The notes under the pieces are model-generated. The model searched no databases and was not told the DNA's origin. It saw only the letters and a program-made list of their open reading frames with translations. DNA of 64,000 nucleotides from a virus. Lineage: Duplodnaviria > Caudoviricetes. Shown here in pieces: positions 27,480 to 37,971 of this stretch; the stretch's first letter is position 1, and every line of letters starts with the position of its first letter. The stretch spans positions 96,001 to 160,000 of the IMG/VR virus record IMGVR_UViG_3300034069_002177; one strand, 5' to 3'. The translations under genes were made by a program, and so were the position numbers.

Positions 27480-28523
27480 GTGAGTGAACTCATCGCAACA
27501 CCAGTCACAGACAAGAACGGCAAGCAGACCACCGTTCATAAAAAGCCCGTTACTTCGGGTACCGGTGCCAAGCGTGCATCGAAGGTAGCTCCTAAGAGCG
27601 CCGCCGTCAAAAAGACCTACGAGAAAAAGGGTCCAACTCTTACGGAAAAGCTGGAAGGCTACAAGGAGGAACTCAAGAGCCGCGTTACGGCACTTGCTGA
27701 TGACGCCAATTGGAATCATTACCTCACTTCGATGAGTAAGTTCCATAACTACTCATGGAACAATCAGATCCTCATTGATATCCAAACCAAAGGGCAGGCA
27801 ACTCATGTTGCAGGCTACAAGACATGGCAGTCCTTGGGTCGCACGGTTAATGGCGGCGAGAAGGCTATCGCTATCATTGGATTTCGAAAGATCAAAGTAG
27901 ATGCTACCGACCGTAATGGCAACAAGATTATGGGAGCGGATGGCAAGCCCGAGAAAAAGGAGATTCCCAACTTCTTCGGCACAGGTGTTTTCGACATTGC
28001 ACAGACTTCCGGTGACGCACTACCCGAGGCACACGCCAAGATGACAGCAGAACCCCCTGTTGGTCTCACTAACGACCTTGAAGCAACCATTAAGGCAAAA
28101 GGCTTCTCAGTTGAATACGTAGACAACTTACGTGGAGCTAAGGGCAGCACTTCCACCGATCCGAATCGCAAGGTTGTGCAGATTCTCAGCAGCTTGAACG
28201 ATGGCGAACGAGCCAAGACTCTTGCACACGAACTGTTCCATATCGCCTCTGGTCACATCGAACGTGCCGATGAGTACCACACCGGTCATGGTGGGCAACG
28301 TAACGCTATGGAAGTGGAAGCGGAGTCCGGTGCATACGTTCTTCTGCGTGCTAACGGTATGGACGAGCATGCAGATACCTCAGCGACCTATGTTGCCGGA
28401 TGGGCTGGCGTTCGTGGCGGTAACGACCGTGAGAAAATGGTTGCTAATGCCGCAGAAAATGTTGCCAAAACAACTCGTTCACTTCTTACCGATTTCGAGT
28501 GGCAAAACTCCGACTTAGTGTAG
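27480..28523 (+). CDS. DKNG-tag ArdC-like anti-restriction protein (ssDNA-binding N-domain plus zincin-like domain)
   Basis: W..YL..MSKFHNYSWNNQILI..Q...AT.VAGYKTWQ.LGR.V..GEKAI.I; TLAHELFH and EVEAES.AY. Confidence 0.88.
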   Translation: MSELIATPVTDKNGKQTTVHKKPVTSGTGAKRASKVAPKSAAVKKTYEKKGPTLTEKLEGYKEELKSRVTALADDANWNHYLTSMSKFHNYSWNNQILIDIQTKGQATHVAGYKTWQSLGRTVNGGEKAIAIIGFRKIKVDATDRNGNKIMGADGKPEKKEIPNFFGTGVFDIAQTSGDALPEAHAKMTAEPPVGLTNDLEATIKAKGFSVEYVDNLRGAKGSTSTDPNRKVVQILSSLNDGERAKTLAHELFHIASGHIERADEYHTGHGGQRNAMEVEAESGAYVLLRANGMDEHADTSATYVAGWAGVRGGNDREKMVANAAENVAKTTRSLLTDFEWQNSDLV

Positions 28524-28553
28524 CCTGTACAAAATTTCCACCCGGAGGCTCTC

Positions 28554-28718
28554 ATGGCTACAGCAATCATCGAAATCGTAGACGAAGGTAACGACCTTGT
28601 TTATGTGTTCACTCACGAAGACGACCTGCAAGCAGCACTTGACGAATCTGATGGTGATGTAGCTAACTTTGCTGACATCGAGTGGGTAGAAAGCCGCCCT
28701 CGCACCACAAACGATTGA
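28554..28718 (+). CDS. 54-aa highly acidic protein, not in the ORF track
   Basis: GGAGG RBS; MATAIIEIVDEGNDLVYVFTHEDDLQAALDESDGDVANFADIEWVESRPRTTND*. Confidence 0.75.
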   Translation: MATAIIEIVDEGNDLVYVFTHEDDLQAALDESDGDVANFADIEWVESRPRTTND

Positions 28719-28785
28719 TCTAAACTGACTGTAGCCAGAATGATTGGTGATAGTGTTATGTCAATCTTTAGGCGGGTCGTGACAG

Positions 28786-29829
28786 ATGATGACGGACATT
28801 CCTTTCGGCATTGCTGAAATCGAAGGCGAAGCGGTAACCATAGCGGAATTGAATTTCGCGGAAGTCGCCGCCTTTACCGCGTTCATCCCTAACCACGAAC
28901 TTCTTTTTGCCCTGATTCGCTCGCTTGACTTCTCGGGTCACACCCCGCCAATTCTTGCGCAAACGGATGAAGAACGGCAGTTTGTCGAGCATACAATGCA
29001 GGGGAACTACATTCCTACTTCGGAAGATGTTGGGATGGCGAGCGAAGTATTCGGAAGATGGGTGAACGACGTAGCTCCCCTAGGCATTCAGTCTCTCGTG
29101 GAAAAGGGTCTGCTTATCCCCGCTGAGAACAACAGCTTCAAAACGCATCGGTCGCTCGACAACATCATTCGTACGTTACGGATGCCTGTGGAGCATATGT
29201 CTTACCGCACCACTCAGGTACCAACAAAAGATCCTTTAGGAGCACCAATTCTGCGATCTGCACTTTACGGAGTACAGAGCTATGCGGGGGATTGGGTTAT
29301 CGCTGAACACTTCCAGTCTCACGAGTACATCAGGTTCGTTGGTATTGCGGGAGGCACTCAGTTGGCTTCTAAGGTCGGAGAAGTCCTCAGCGCAGGTGTG
29401 GCTCATTCCATCTCGAATCCGCTTGTGTCGGGCAATGGGTCGGAGTTCAGACCATACTCAGTAATCATCTCGCGCACCAACGAGCATGGTGCGAGCATAA
29501 TCACATCAGCCCAAGCAACAGGGGTGGGAAAAGATGCGTTGTGGTATACACCGTATCCTGAGGCGGGCGACAACAAACTGCTCGGGAGTCACGTCAAAAA
29601 GTTCGGTAATGTCTTCTCGTCTGAGCCGGGAGTTGCCCAAATGGCTTCGGCACCGTATACTCAGATGGATATAAGGAATGGTATCGAAGGATGGTCTCTA
29701 ATTGGAGACAATGATCAGTTCGTTCGTGAAGTCTCGCACCTCACCGAATTGACGTTGCACTCACAAGCCGACCATCTACCAGACACGATACCTGAATACT
29801 TCTTCGACGAAAACAAGGGAAACGATTGA
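28786..29829 (+). CDS. Hypothetical protein, possibly EspG-like (1 of 3)
   Basis: N-terminal L.F.EV motif and SLVEKGLL...L.MP. Confidence 0.55.
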   Translation: MMTDIPFGIAEIEGEAVTIAELNFAEVAAFTAFIPNHELLFALIRSLDFSGHTPPILAQTDEERQFVEHTMQGNYIPTSEDVGMASEVFGRWVNDVAPLGIQSLVEKGLLIPAENNSFKTHRSLDNIIRTLRMPVEHMSYRTTQVPTKDPLGAPILRSALYGVQSYAGDWVIAEHFQSHEYIRFVGIAGGTQLASKVGEVLSAGVAHSISNPLVSGNGSEFRPYSVIISRTNEHGASIITSAQATGVGKDALWYTPYPEAGDNKLLGSHVKKFGNVFSSEPGVAQMASAPYTQMDIRNGIEGWSLIGDNDQFVREVSHLTELTLHSQADHLPDTIPEYFFDENKGND

Positions 29830-30809
29830 GCACGCACGCATCAGTAATTGATTTGGATATCACCGAATTAGCAGCCATTCTGCTTACTAAGGGTGGACCC
29901 GGAACAGCGGCAGCCATCAGCATCATCGATGAGTCATTATCTGCGCTTGGACCGGTGGCTAACGTCCTCGTGCAGAATGCAATGACGTACGATGAGCGCA
30001 CAAGCGATTACACACTCCCTCGCAACTACACTGGAAAGATTCTTGCCAACAAGCTCATTGCTGAGAAAGTGACTCGGCTTGGTCTAGAAATCCTCTCAGA
30101 CCGAGGTCTTGTTGATGACGCCGGATTCACTAATCCTGTCATCGAACCTATCATGCAGATTCTGACTAATCCCAACCGTGTCATTCACAACTTCACGATG
30201 CTTGCGGAGTACGACCGTCGTGAGTTCGTAGCTCGCTTGGGTCAGCGACTAGGTAAGGATGCCGCTGAGAACGCCGTGCCTCAGACTCCGCCCAACGGAA
30301 TCTCCTACCCCGTCACCGCTTATGCCGCCACCATCATCTCGACTGAGCATGGTGGGGTTGTTATCGCCCCGAATGATTTCAACTCGATGCTGTTCGATTT
30401 GCAGTTGATCGCTTCCGGCTCTGTTTCCGGTTTCATCAAGGAACTCTCAGTGGTTGCGGAAGATGTGACACCTAAGTCTATCCCCCGAACAATTGTCTAC
30501 GGCATCAAGATTCCAGGTGGAACCGAAATTAATTCTGCCGTATTCGCAGACGAAAAGGGTAATTGGAGCGCTGCCTTCTCGACTCCCGAAGACGACATTC
30601 AGTACCTCCCTCTTTCTAACGCCGATGGCTCAGTGGTCTCTAACGAGTTCGTTGTCGCGTCGAACAAGACAGACCTTCTTGTCGCAAGCGCACTTCGGGA
30701 CAGTGTATCGCTCGCAAATCTTGATTCTGCTGGCGATTACATCGCTAAACTTTCAGATGTACCTCTCGCCAAGCGCAACGAGACGACCAAAGAGAACCTA
30801 GAGGACTAA
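29826..30809 (+). CDS. Hypothetical protein, possibly EspG-like (2 of 3)
   Basis: LDITELAAIL...ILSDRGLV...ILTNP. Confidence 0.55.
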   Translation: MSTHASVIDLDITELAAILLTKGGPGTAAAISIIDESLSALGPVANVLVQNAMTYDERTSDYTLPRNYTGKILANKLIAEKVTRLGLEILSDRGLVDDAGFTNPVIEPIMQILTNPNRVIHNFTMLAEYDRREFVARLGQRLGKDAAENAVPQTPPNGISYPVTAYAATIISTEHGGVVIAPNDFNSMLFDLQLIASGSVSGFIKELSVVAEDVTPKSIPRTIVYGIKIPGGTEINSAVFADEKGNWSAAFSTPEDDIQYLPLSNADGSVVSNEFVVASNKTDLLVASALRDSVSLANLDSAGDYIAKLSDVPLAKRNETTKENLED

Positions 30810-30811
30810 AC

Positions 30812-31606
30812 GTGAGCGTCACCCCATTTAGACTGAGCGGTAATGAGCTTGTTGCTCTCCTTGTCAGCATCGTGCCCGAGAAGACTCTATGGTCATCATT
30901 GCGCATCATGGGTCTACTGAGTGATGTCGAGGGCTACGAGAAAATCTCAGACAGCTACCCGCCCTCTGAAGAAGTTGTTATTAGGGGAACGCAGTCACTC
31001 ATCGACAGAGGGCTGCTTCACTTTGTAGAAGGTGTAGCTCACGCCAATACGGAAATTGAAGCTATAGGACTCGCATTCGCCCAGCCTGAAGCTGTCTTGA
31101 CGTACCAGTCGATCTCCGAAGAAGTTGAATTCACGTCGGTCATTGTTGACACCAGTAGTGGCTATCGAGTTGTTCTGGACTTTGCAACAGGTTCTAGTTA
31201 CGAAGCCACTTTGGTCCATAAAGAAGATTCTGATATCACTACATTCTTTTCCACTATTGCGGCAGCTATCGCAACAGCGTTCAAGAGCTATCTCTTTGAC
31301 ATTGCTTACTACACCAATTCGGATGATGTGCTTACTGCTTACGTTGTGTGCACTCCTGAAGCTCCCGACGAAGCGCTATCTTCTATGTCTTTGGAACGAG
31401 GCGGGTACTGGGTTGTTAGCGCTGATGTTCCCTATACCGGTGATGACATCAAGGTCTATCAGATTAACGGAGAAAGCGAAGAGATCCCGATTTTCCGTCG
31501 AGAATTCTCTTCGCTTCCTGATGCTCTCAGCAACCTAAAGGATAGGCTCCTTGCAGAGGCTACCGAGAGTGAAGACGATTATGATGAATCGTCTGTACTA
31601 ATTTAG
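30812..31606 (+). CDS. Hypothetical protein, possibly EspG-like (3 of 3)
   Basis: LSGNELVALL...SLIDRGLL...AFAQP. Confidence 0.55.
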   Translation: MSVTPFRLSGNELVALLVSIVPEKTLWSSLRIMGLLSDVEGYEKISDSYPPSEEVVIRGTQSLIDRGLLHFVEGVAHANTEIEAIGLAFAQPEAVLTYQSISEEVEFTSVIVDTSSGYRVVLDFATGSSYEATLVHKEDSDITTFFSTIAAAIATAFKSYLFDIAYYTNSDDVLTAYVVCTPEAPDEALSSMSLERGGYWVVSADVPYTGDDIKVYQINGESEEIPIFRREFSSLPDALSNLKDRLLAEATESEDDYDESSVLI

Positions 31607-31926
31607 GCGACCTGATATCCGCGTGCGTTGCGCACGGTGAAGATACTGGGCGCGAGCTTGATGACAGGCTCGTCATCGGAATCGTAAGACCGAGTGACAT
31701 TTCCCGAACCGGTGATAGTGTCGTTTGCCTGCACCTTGGCGAATCGCGACGGAATCATGTGCACGATGGTGCTCACGAATCCATCATTGTCGGGCATCTC
31801 TACACGAATGAGCACGGAACTACCATCGTCCAGCTTCTGGACGATTTTACCCGTGAAACGAACTCCCTTAGCGGAGCCCATCATTGCCCGAATACTCGGG
31901 TCTGAGGCATACTTTCGAAGTGTCAT
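31603..31926 (-). CDS. Small beta-rich protein, possibly an OB fold
   Basis: AGAAAGGA RBS; VRFTGKIV...VQANDTITGSGNV pattern. Confidence 0.6.
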   Translation of the reverse strand: MTLRKYASDPSIRAMMGSAKGVRFTGKIVQKLDDGSSVLIRVEMPDNDGFVSTIVHMIPSRFAKVQANDTITGSGNVTRSYDSDDEPVIKLAPSIFTVRNARGYQVA

Positions 31927-32047
31927 GATTGGTCCTTTCTTTCCTAAGTTCACTTTATCAGAGGTATCAAAATTTGTCAAACATCTCTTTAGGAACACAC
32001 TTCCAATGTAGCCAGTAACTTCTTTTTATCAATGTGATCGGAACCTA

Positions 32048-32145
32048 TTGCGTTGTCCGCGAGGGGTTGTACACTTGACAAACACAAGGTTCCGCAAGGA
32101 ACTTTAGCCAAGCCAAACATGCAAAATCTGGCTTGGCTTTTGTGT
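32048..32145 (+). promoter_or_regulatory. nrdIEF promoter and structured leader
   Basis: TTGCGT-16 nt-TACACT, then a GCAA-loop hairpin (32086-32105) and a perfect 10-bp hairpin (32106-32138) followed by TTT. Confidence 0.55.
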
Positions 32146-32170
32146 CCTTACGGATGAATTGGGAGTACGA

Positions 32171-32629
32171 ATGTCTAACGCTATCAACGCTTTAGACGTT
32201 CCTGTATCTCCCAATCTCGTTTACTTTTCCTCCGTGTCAGAGAACACCAAAAGGTTCGTTGACAAACTAGGAATTGAAGCAGCACGCATCCCTCTGACCA
32301 GAAATGAAGCACCACTAATCGTGGATGCTCCTTATGTCCTGGTCGTCCCTACCTATGGTGGGGAAGTAAATCCAGAGACGGGCAAGATTGATAACGCTGT
32401 TCCGAAACAAGTCATCAAGTTCCTCAATGAGGAAAAGAACAGAGGACTGATTCGTGGCGTCATCTCAGCAGGAAACAGAAACTTCGGTGAAGCCTACTGT
32501 GCAGCAGGCAGCATCATTGGCGGTAAGTGCAAGGTACCCGTACTTTACCGTTTTGAACTAATGGGTACTATCGACGATGTAGAGCAAGTCCAAGAAGGGT
32601 TAAAAGAATTTTGGCAAACACAGCAGTAG
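32171..32629 (+). CDS. nrdI: NrdI flavodoxin
   Basis: [35 protein letters not shown] and FELMGT. Confidence 0.97.
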   Translation: MSNAINALDVPVSPNLVYFSSVSENTKRFVDKLGIEAARIPLTRNEAPLIVDAPYVLVVPTYGGEVNPETGKIDNAVPKQVIKFLNEEKNRGLIRGVISAGNRNFGEAYCAAGSIIGGKCKVPVLYRFELMGTIDDVEQVQEGLKEFWQTQQ

Positions 32630-34830
32630 ACAGTAAGAACGACGGAGCTTCATTCAAGAGAACGCAAGTAGATATTGCGGATATTGACGAGCGGGCAGAA
32701 GAGATCGCTCGCGTGACGGAGGGCTTGGATTACCACGCCATCAACGCGATGCTCAATCTCTATGACAAGGACGGCAAGATTCAGTTCGACATGGACAAGG
32801 TGGCAGTTAAACGCTACTTCCTTGACAATGTGAACAAGAACACGGTCTTCTTCCACGATCTTCGCGAGAAGATCGATTATCTAATCGAGAACGAGTATTA
32901 CGAGGCGGCAGTCATCGAGCAGTATGATTTCTCCTTCGTGAAGGGTCTGTTCAAGCAGGCTTACGCACACAAGTTCCGTTTCCCCACCTTCTTGGGTGCG
33001 CTCAAGTATTACACCTCCTACACCCTGAAGACGTTCGAGGGCGACAAGTTCCTAGAGCGTTTCGAAGACCGAGTTTGTGTCACCGCTCTCTACCTCGCAC
33101 GCGGCGACGAGAAGCTTGCTTCCGCACTTGTTGACGAGATTATCGGCGGACGATTCCAGCCTGCAACCCCCACCTTCTTGAATGCTGGTAAGGCTCAGCG
33201 CGGTGAACTCGTATCGTGCTTCCTTCTTCGCATCGAAGACAACATGGAGTCCATCAGCCGCGCCATTACGTCCTCACTTCAGCTTTCCAAGCGCGGCGGT
33301 GGTGTTGCCCTTAATCTTTCGAACCTTCGTGAGACCGGTGCGCCCATCAAGAAGATCGCTAACCAGTCGAGTGGTCTCATCCCCGTCATGAAGATGCTCG
33401 AAGACGCATTCTCCTACGCCAACCAGCTTGGTGCTCGTCAGGGTGCAGGTGCCGTCTACCTCAATGTTCACCACCCTGACATTCTGCGCTTCCTCGACAC
33501 CAAGCGTGAAAACGCCGACGAGAAGATCCGAATCAAGACCCTTTCACTCGGAGTTGTCATTCCCGACATCACTTTCGAGCTTGCAAAGAAGGGTGAAGAC
33601 ATGTACCTCTTCTCGCCCTACGATGTCGAGCGCGTCTACGGCATACCTTTCGGTGATATCTCCATCAGTGAGAAGTACGACGAAATGGTGGATAACTCAC
33701 ACATCAAGAAGTACAAGATCAATGCTCGTGAGCTTTTCCAGACCCTCGCTGAGCTTCAGTTCGAGTCCGGTTACCCGTACGTTATGTTCGAAGACACCGT
33801 GAACCGTGCCAACCCCGTCAAGGGTCGCATCAACATGTCCAACCTTTGTTCTGAGATCCTTCAGGTCAACACGCCTACCACGTACAACGCTGATGGCAGC
33901 TACGACGTAACGGGTAAGGATATTTCTTGCAACCTCGGTTCGTTGAACATCGCTATGGCGATGGACTCGCCCGACTTCGCAAAGACCATCGAGACTTCCG
34001 TTCGTGCACTCAGCGCTGTTTCGGACATGAGCGACATCGGTTCCGTACCCTCCATCGAGTACGGAAACCAGTCATCTCACGCCATTGGTCTCGGTCAGAT
34101 GAACCTTCACGGTTACCTCGCTCGCGAGCGTATCTACTACGGTTCTGAAGAAGGTATTGACTTCACCAACATCTACTTCTACACCGTTGCTTATCACGCT
34201 ATCCGCGCGTCCAACATCATCGCCAAGGAGACCGGCGAGAAGTTCGGTGGCTTCGAGGACTCGAAGTACGCTACTGGTGAATACTTCACCAAGTACATCG
34301 AAACTGAGTGGAAGCCCGCCACGGCTCACGTTGCAGAACTGTTCGCTACTTCTGGTATTCAGATTCCTACCCAGGAAGACTGGAAGAAGCTTTCGAAGTC
34401 TGTTCAGAAGCACGGTATCTACAACCAGAACCTCCAGGCTGTACCGCCTACTGGTTCCATCTCATACATCAACAACGCAACCGCATCGATTCACCCCATT
34501 GCGGCTCCCATCGAAATTCGTAAGGAGGGTAAGCTCGGTCGCGTCTACTTCCCCGCTCCCCACATGACGAATGATAATGTCGAGTTCTACCAGGATGCTT
34601 ACGAAATCGGCTACGAGAAGATCGTTGACACCTACGCAGCAGCAACCCAGCACGTCGATCAGGGTCTCTCGCTTACCTTGTTCTTCATGGATACTGCTAC
34701 AACACGTGACATCAACAAGGCTCAGATTTACGCATGGAAAAAGGGCATCAAGACCCTTTATTACATCCGTCTTCGCCAGCTTGCGCTAGAAGGCACTGAG
34801 GTTGACGGTTGCGTTTCCTGCACCCTCTAA
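32611..34830 (+). CDS. nrdE: Class Ib ribonucleotide reductase alpha subunit
   Basis: [37 protein letters not shown] and TLYYIR; exact start codon uncertain. Confidence 0.97.
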   Translation: MANTAVDSKNDGASFKRTQVDIADIDERAEEIARVTEGLDYHAINAMLNLYDKDGKIQFDMDKVAVKRYFLDNVNKNTVFFHDLREKIDYLIENEYYEAAVIEQYDFSFVKGLFKQAYAHKFRFPTFLGALKYYTSYTLKTFEGDKFLERFEDRVCVTALYLARGDEKLASALVDEIIGGRFQPATPTFLNAGKAQRGELVSCFLLRIEDNMESISRAITSSLQLSKRGGGVALNLSNLRETGAPIKKIANQSSGLIPVMKMLEDAFSYANQLGARQGAGAVYLNVHHPDILRFLDTKRENADEKIRIKTLSLGVVIPDITFELAKKGEDMYLFSPYDVERVYGIPFGDISISEKYDEMVDNSHIKKYKINARELFQTLAELQFESGYPYVMFEDTVNRANPVKGRINMSNLCSEILQVNTPTTYNADGSYDVTGKDISCNLGSLNIAMAMDSPDFAKTIETSVRALSAVSDMSDIGSVPSIEYGNQSSHAIGLGQMNLHGYLARERIYYGSEEGIDFTNIYFYTVAYHAIRASNIIAKETGEKFGGFEDSKYATGEYFTKYIETEWKPATAHVAELFATSGIQIPTQEDWKKLSKSVQKHGIYNQNLQAVPPTGSISYINNATASIHPIAAPIEIRKEGKLGRVYFPAPHMTNDNVEFYQDAYEIGYEKIVDTYAAATQHVDQGLSLTLFFMDTATTRDINKAQIYAWKKGIKTLYYIRLRQLALEGTEVDGCVSCTL

Positions 34831-34835
34831 TCTAG

Positions 34836-35909
<1,074 letters not shown>

Positions 35910-35918
35910 CCCAGCAAT

Positions 35919-35957
35919 AAAAGAAGCCCCGGAGAGAAAATCTCCGGGGCTTCTTTT
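35919..35957. terminator. Bidirectional terminator
   Basis: AAAAGAAGCCCCGGAGA / TCTCCGGGGCTTCTTTT. Confidence 0.9.
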
Positions 35958-35965
35958 GCGTGGTC

Positions 35966-36700
35966 TTACTTAGTCGGCAGTGACGTGAACCCGATAGGTG
36001 CTGCCCCATCGATGAGGCGATCATCGTATTCGGGGAAACGCTGCGTAAGCTCGATGATATTCATGGCGTGATGTGTGATGAAAGTGCTGTGCAGATGCCC
36101 TGATACAGCATCGAGGTTCTCGCCCGCCCAGAATTTCACAGAATGCTCTTGTAGCTTGGCATATTCATCGCTCCATGCGCGTCCATCAGTTGTGACGGGT
36201 TCGGCGTGGTTCTCACCGTAGAACCGTGCAAGTTCGGCAAGCGGTCGCAACGGAAGTAGATCGAAACGAGGCTCGACCTCAGCACCCGAACGGCGAATAA
36301 GATCTTGATGCTTGGCGGGATATTCCTTGCTCTCAATAACGCCGACTTCGAAATCATGCTCAACAGCATCCGGTGCAACGGGGCGGTCGTCGAACTTCTG
36401 GAAGGTGTAGAAGAATTCCGTCAGAGCGAAGCCGTGCCAAGCAACAGAAGCCATATGACTGACATTCATTTCGAGGTCAATGTCCTCGCCGGACCAGAAC
36501 AGGTTTGCGTGGCGTTGCAGGCTGGCGTACGACTTCCGCCATTCATAACCTCTACGGAAGTTGTGATCGGCGTATTTACGCGCACCAACTCCATACAACC
36601 GAGCCAACTCGGTCAATGCATTCGGAGGAATCTTGTCATAGGCTTGAACCTTGACGCCTTTTTCTCCACCAGTGGATGAGACTGAACGAACTTCTGCCAT
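35966..36700 (-). CDS. dATP/dGTP diphosphohydrolase-like (DUF5664-type) protein with a tandem second domain
   Basis: GGEKG.K...YD.IP..AL.ELA..YG.GA.KY..HN.RRG..W...Y..LQRH...FWSGED.D.E....H...VAWH; repeated in degenerate form from RFDLLP. Confidence 0.8.
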   Translation of the reverse strand: MAEVRSVSSTGGEKGVKVQAYDKIPPNALTELARLYGVGARKYADHNFRRGYEWRKSYASLQRHANLFWSGEDIDLEMNVSHMASVAWHGFALTEFFYTFQKFDDRPVAPDAVEHDFEVGVIESKEYPAKHQDLIRRSGAEVEPRFDLLPLRPLAELARFYGENHAEPVTTDGRAWSDEYAKLQEHSVKFWAGENLDAVSGHLHSTFITHHAMNIIELTQRFPEYDDRLIDGAAPIGFTSLPTK

Positions 36701-36825
36701 GTGCTACACACTCCTAAATCTGTGGAAGTCTACAACGGCATTAGTCAACAAGCAATAGGCACTAGTGAGAAGTTTGGCGGGTGTCGGTCCTCCGTGAGAT
36801 AGTAGTGTTACGAAAGGTAATCGTC

Positions 36826-37899
36826 ATGCAGAAAACAGCCCCATCGCCATCGACTACACGCGCCGGATTGGTGCTTGTACCAAAGGTGGATAAGAATGGT
36901 CGTCAGACACGCGTATGGGTTCGCAAGGATGATCTTTCGGGTGCTCAGCTAAGTCGTGTTGTCTTCCGCCCTAGCACTGTTGCTAGCAATCGTCTTTACT
37001 CGGCAGGATTTGACAGCAGAGAAATCAAGACAAGTCCTTGGGGTAAGGTAAACAAGGTCGAAGAAATCCACGCAGGTATCTACTCGGTTGACGCCGATGA
37101 GGGCAAAGGGGTATTCCTTTCACCAGCACGCCAGGATGAAATTGATGAGGCGTGGAAATTGGGTGAGGGCGATGGGTGGTACTCAGCGGACGGTATGGAA
37201 TGGTCAGTTATTCCCTACACATTTCCAGAAGAATTTGGAGAAGAAGCGTCTGAGCAGGCTGCTGAAAATCTCCGCGACTACTACCCTCACGAATACACCG
37301 AAGTAACCGGAGAAATTGTTTACGAAGAAGAGTCTTACGTTCTTTCCGCCGAGGCATTCGATCAAGCTCATGAAGGTGAATACGCAGCAACCTCTATGGA
37401 GGATGGCGTCAACGAAGATGAAGTAATCATCACTGCTAGTCGTATTGGTGAAGAAGGAGATGACGCGGAGTTCATCGTTTCCAAGGAAGAGCTAAAAGAC
37501 GATGGTGAACTTCCCAAGGGGCACCGTAAGCTCATTGACGAAGAGAAGCACCCTCGCACAAATCCAGAAATCGAAGCGCTCAAGCGAGAACTAAAGGATG
37601 CCATCAAGGGTGCACTTATCGCCAAGTTCCCTCGGTCGAAGTATGTCATTTCGACCTACTATGTCACTAAGGCGACGATGCAGGGTATCAATAAGAAACG
37701 CTCTGCTGACGACGAAGATGAGTACATCAGCAAAGACTGGGGACTTAGAGGTATGCAGAAGGGCTTTATGAGCCAACTGATTGTGGAACTGAAAAATCAC
37801 TCCCAGCCTCGGACAGCAGACGAAGAATACGCCCGACAGATGCGTAAATATCGCCGTCAGCAGCGTAACCGCAGATGGATGCAAAGAATTATTGGATAA
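36826..37899 (+). CDS. DKNG-tag protein with a DUF7007-like domain
   Basis: GAAAGG RBS; LVPKVDKNGRQTRVWVRK; SPWG......GIYSV...GWY...EW.VI..TFPE.F...A...LRDYYP..Y...TGE. Confidence 0.7.
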   Translation: MQKTAPSPSTTRAGLVLVPKVDKNGRQTRVWVRKDDLSGAQLSRVVFRPSTVASNRLYSAGFDSREIKTSPWGKVNKVEEIHAGIYSVDADEGKGVFLSPARQDEIDEAWKLGEGDGWYSADGMEWSVIPYTFPEEFGEEASEQAAENLRDYYPHEYTEVTGEIVYEEESYVLSAEAFDQAHEGEYAATSMEDGVNEDEVIITASRIGEEGDDAEFIVSKEELKDDGELPKGHRKLIDEEKHPRTNPEIEALKRELKDAIKGALIAKFPRSKYVISTYYVTKATMQGINKKRSADDEDEYISKDWGLRGMQKGFMSQLIVELKNHSQPRTADEEYARQMRKYRRQQRNRRWMQRIIG

Positions 37900-37903
37900 T
37901 GAT

Positions 37904-37933
37904 TTGACATCGCTCTGAGTTCCGTGGTACCTT
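37904..37933 (+). promoter_or_regulatory. Promoter for the vWA/metallopeptidase gene
   Basis: TTGACA-18 nt-TACCTT with an extended TGn. Confidence 0.65.
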
Positions 37934-37971
37934 TCTTATGTCAGCCAGTCCAGAACGGGAAAGAGTAAATC

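Noticed and set aside
32611-32730. Possible frameshift or intein at the nrdI/nrdE junction
   Set aside because: nrdE is one continuous frame of normal length, with no intein or intron signature; only the start codon is uncertain.
35966-36700. 2-aminoadenine (Z) genome pathway
   Set aside because: No purZ or DatZ-like gene in the window; the hydrolase alone is insufficient evidence.
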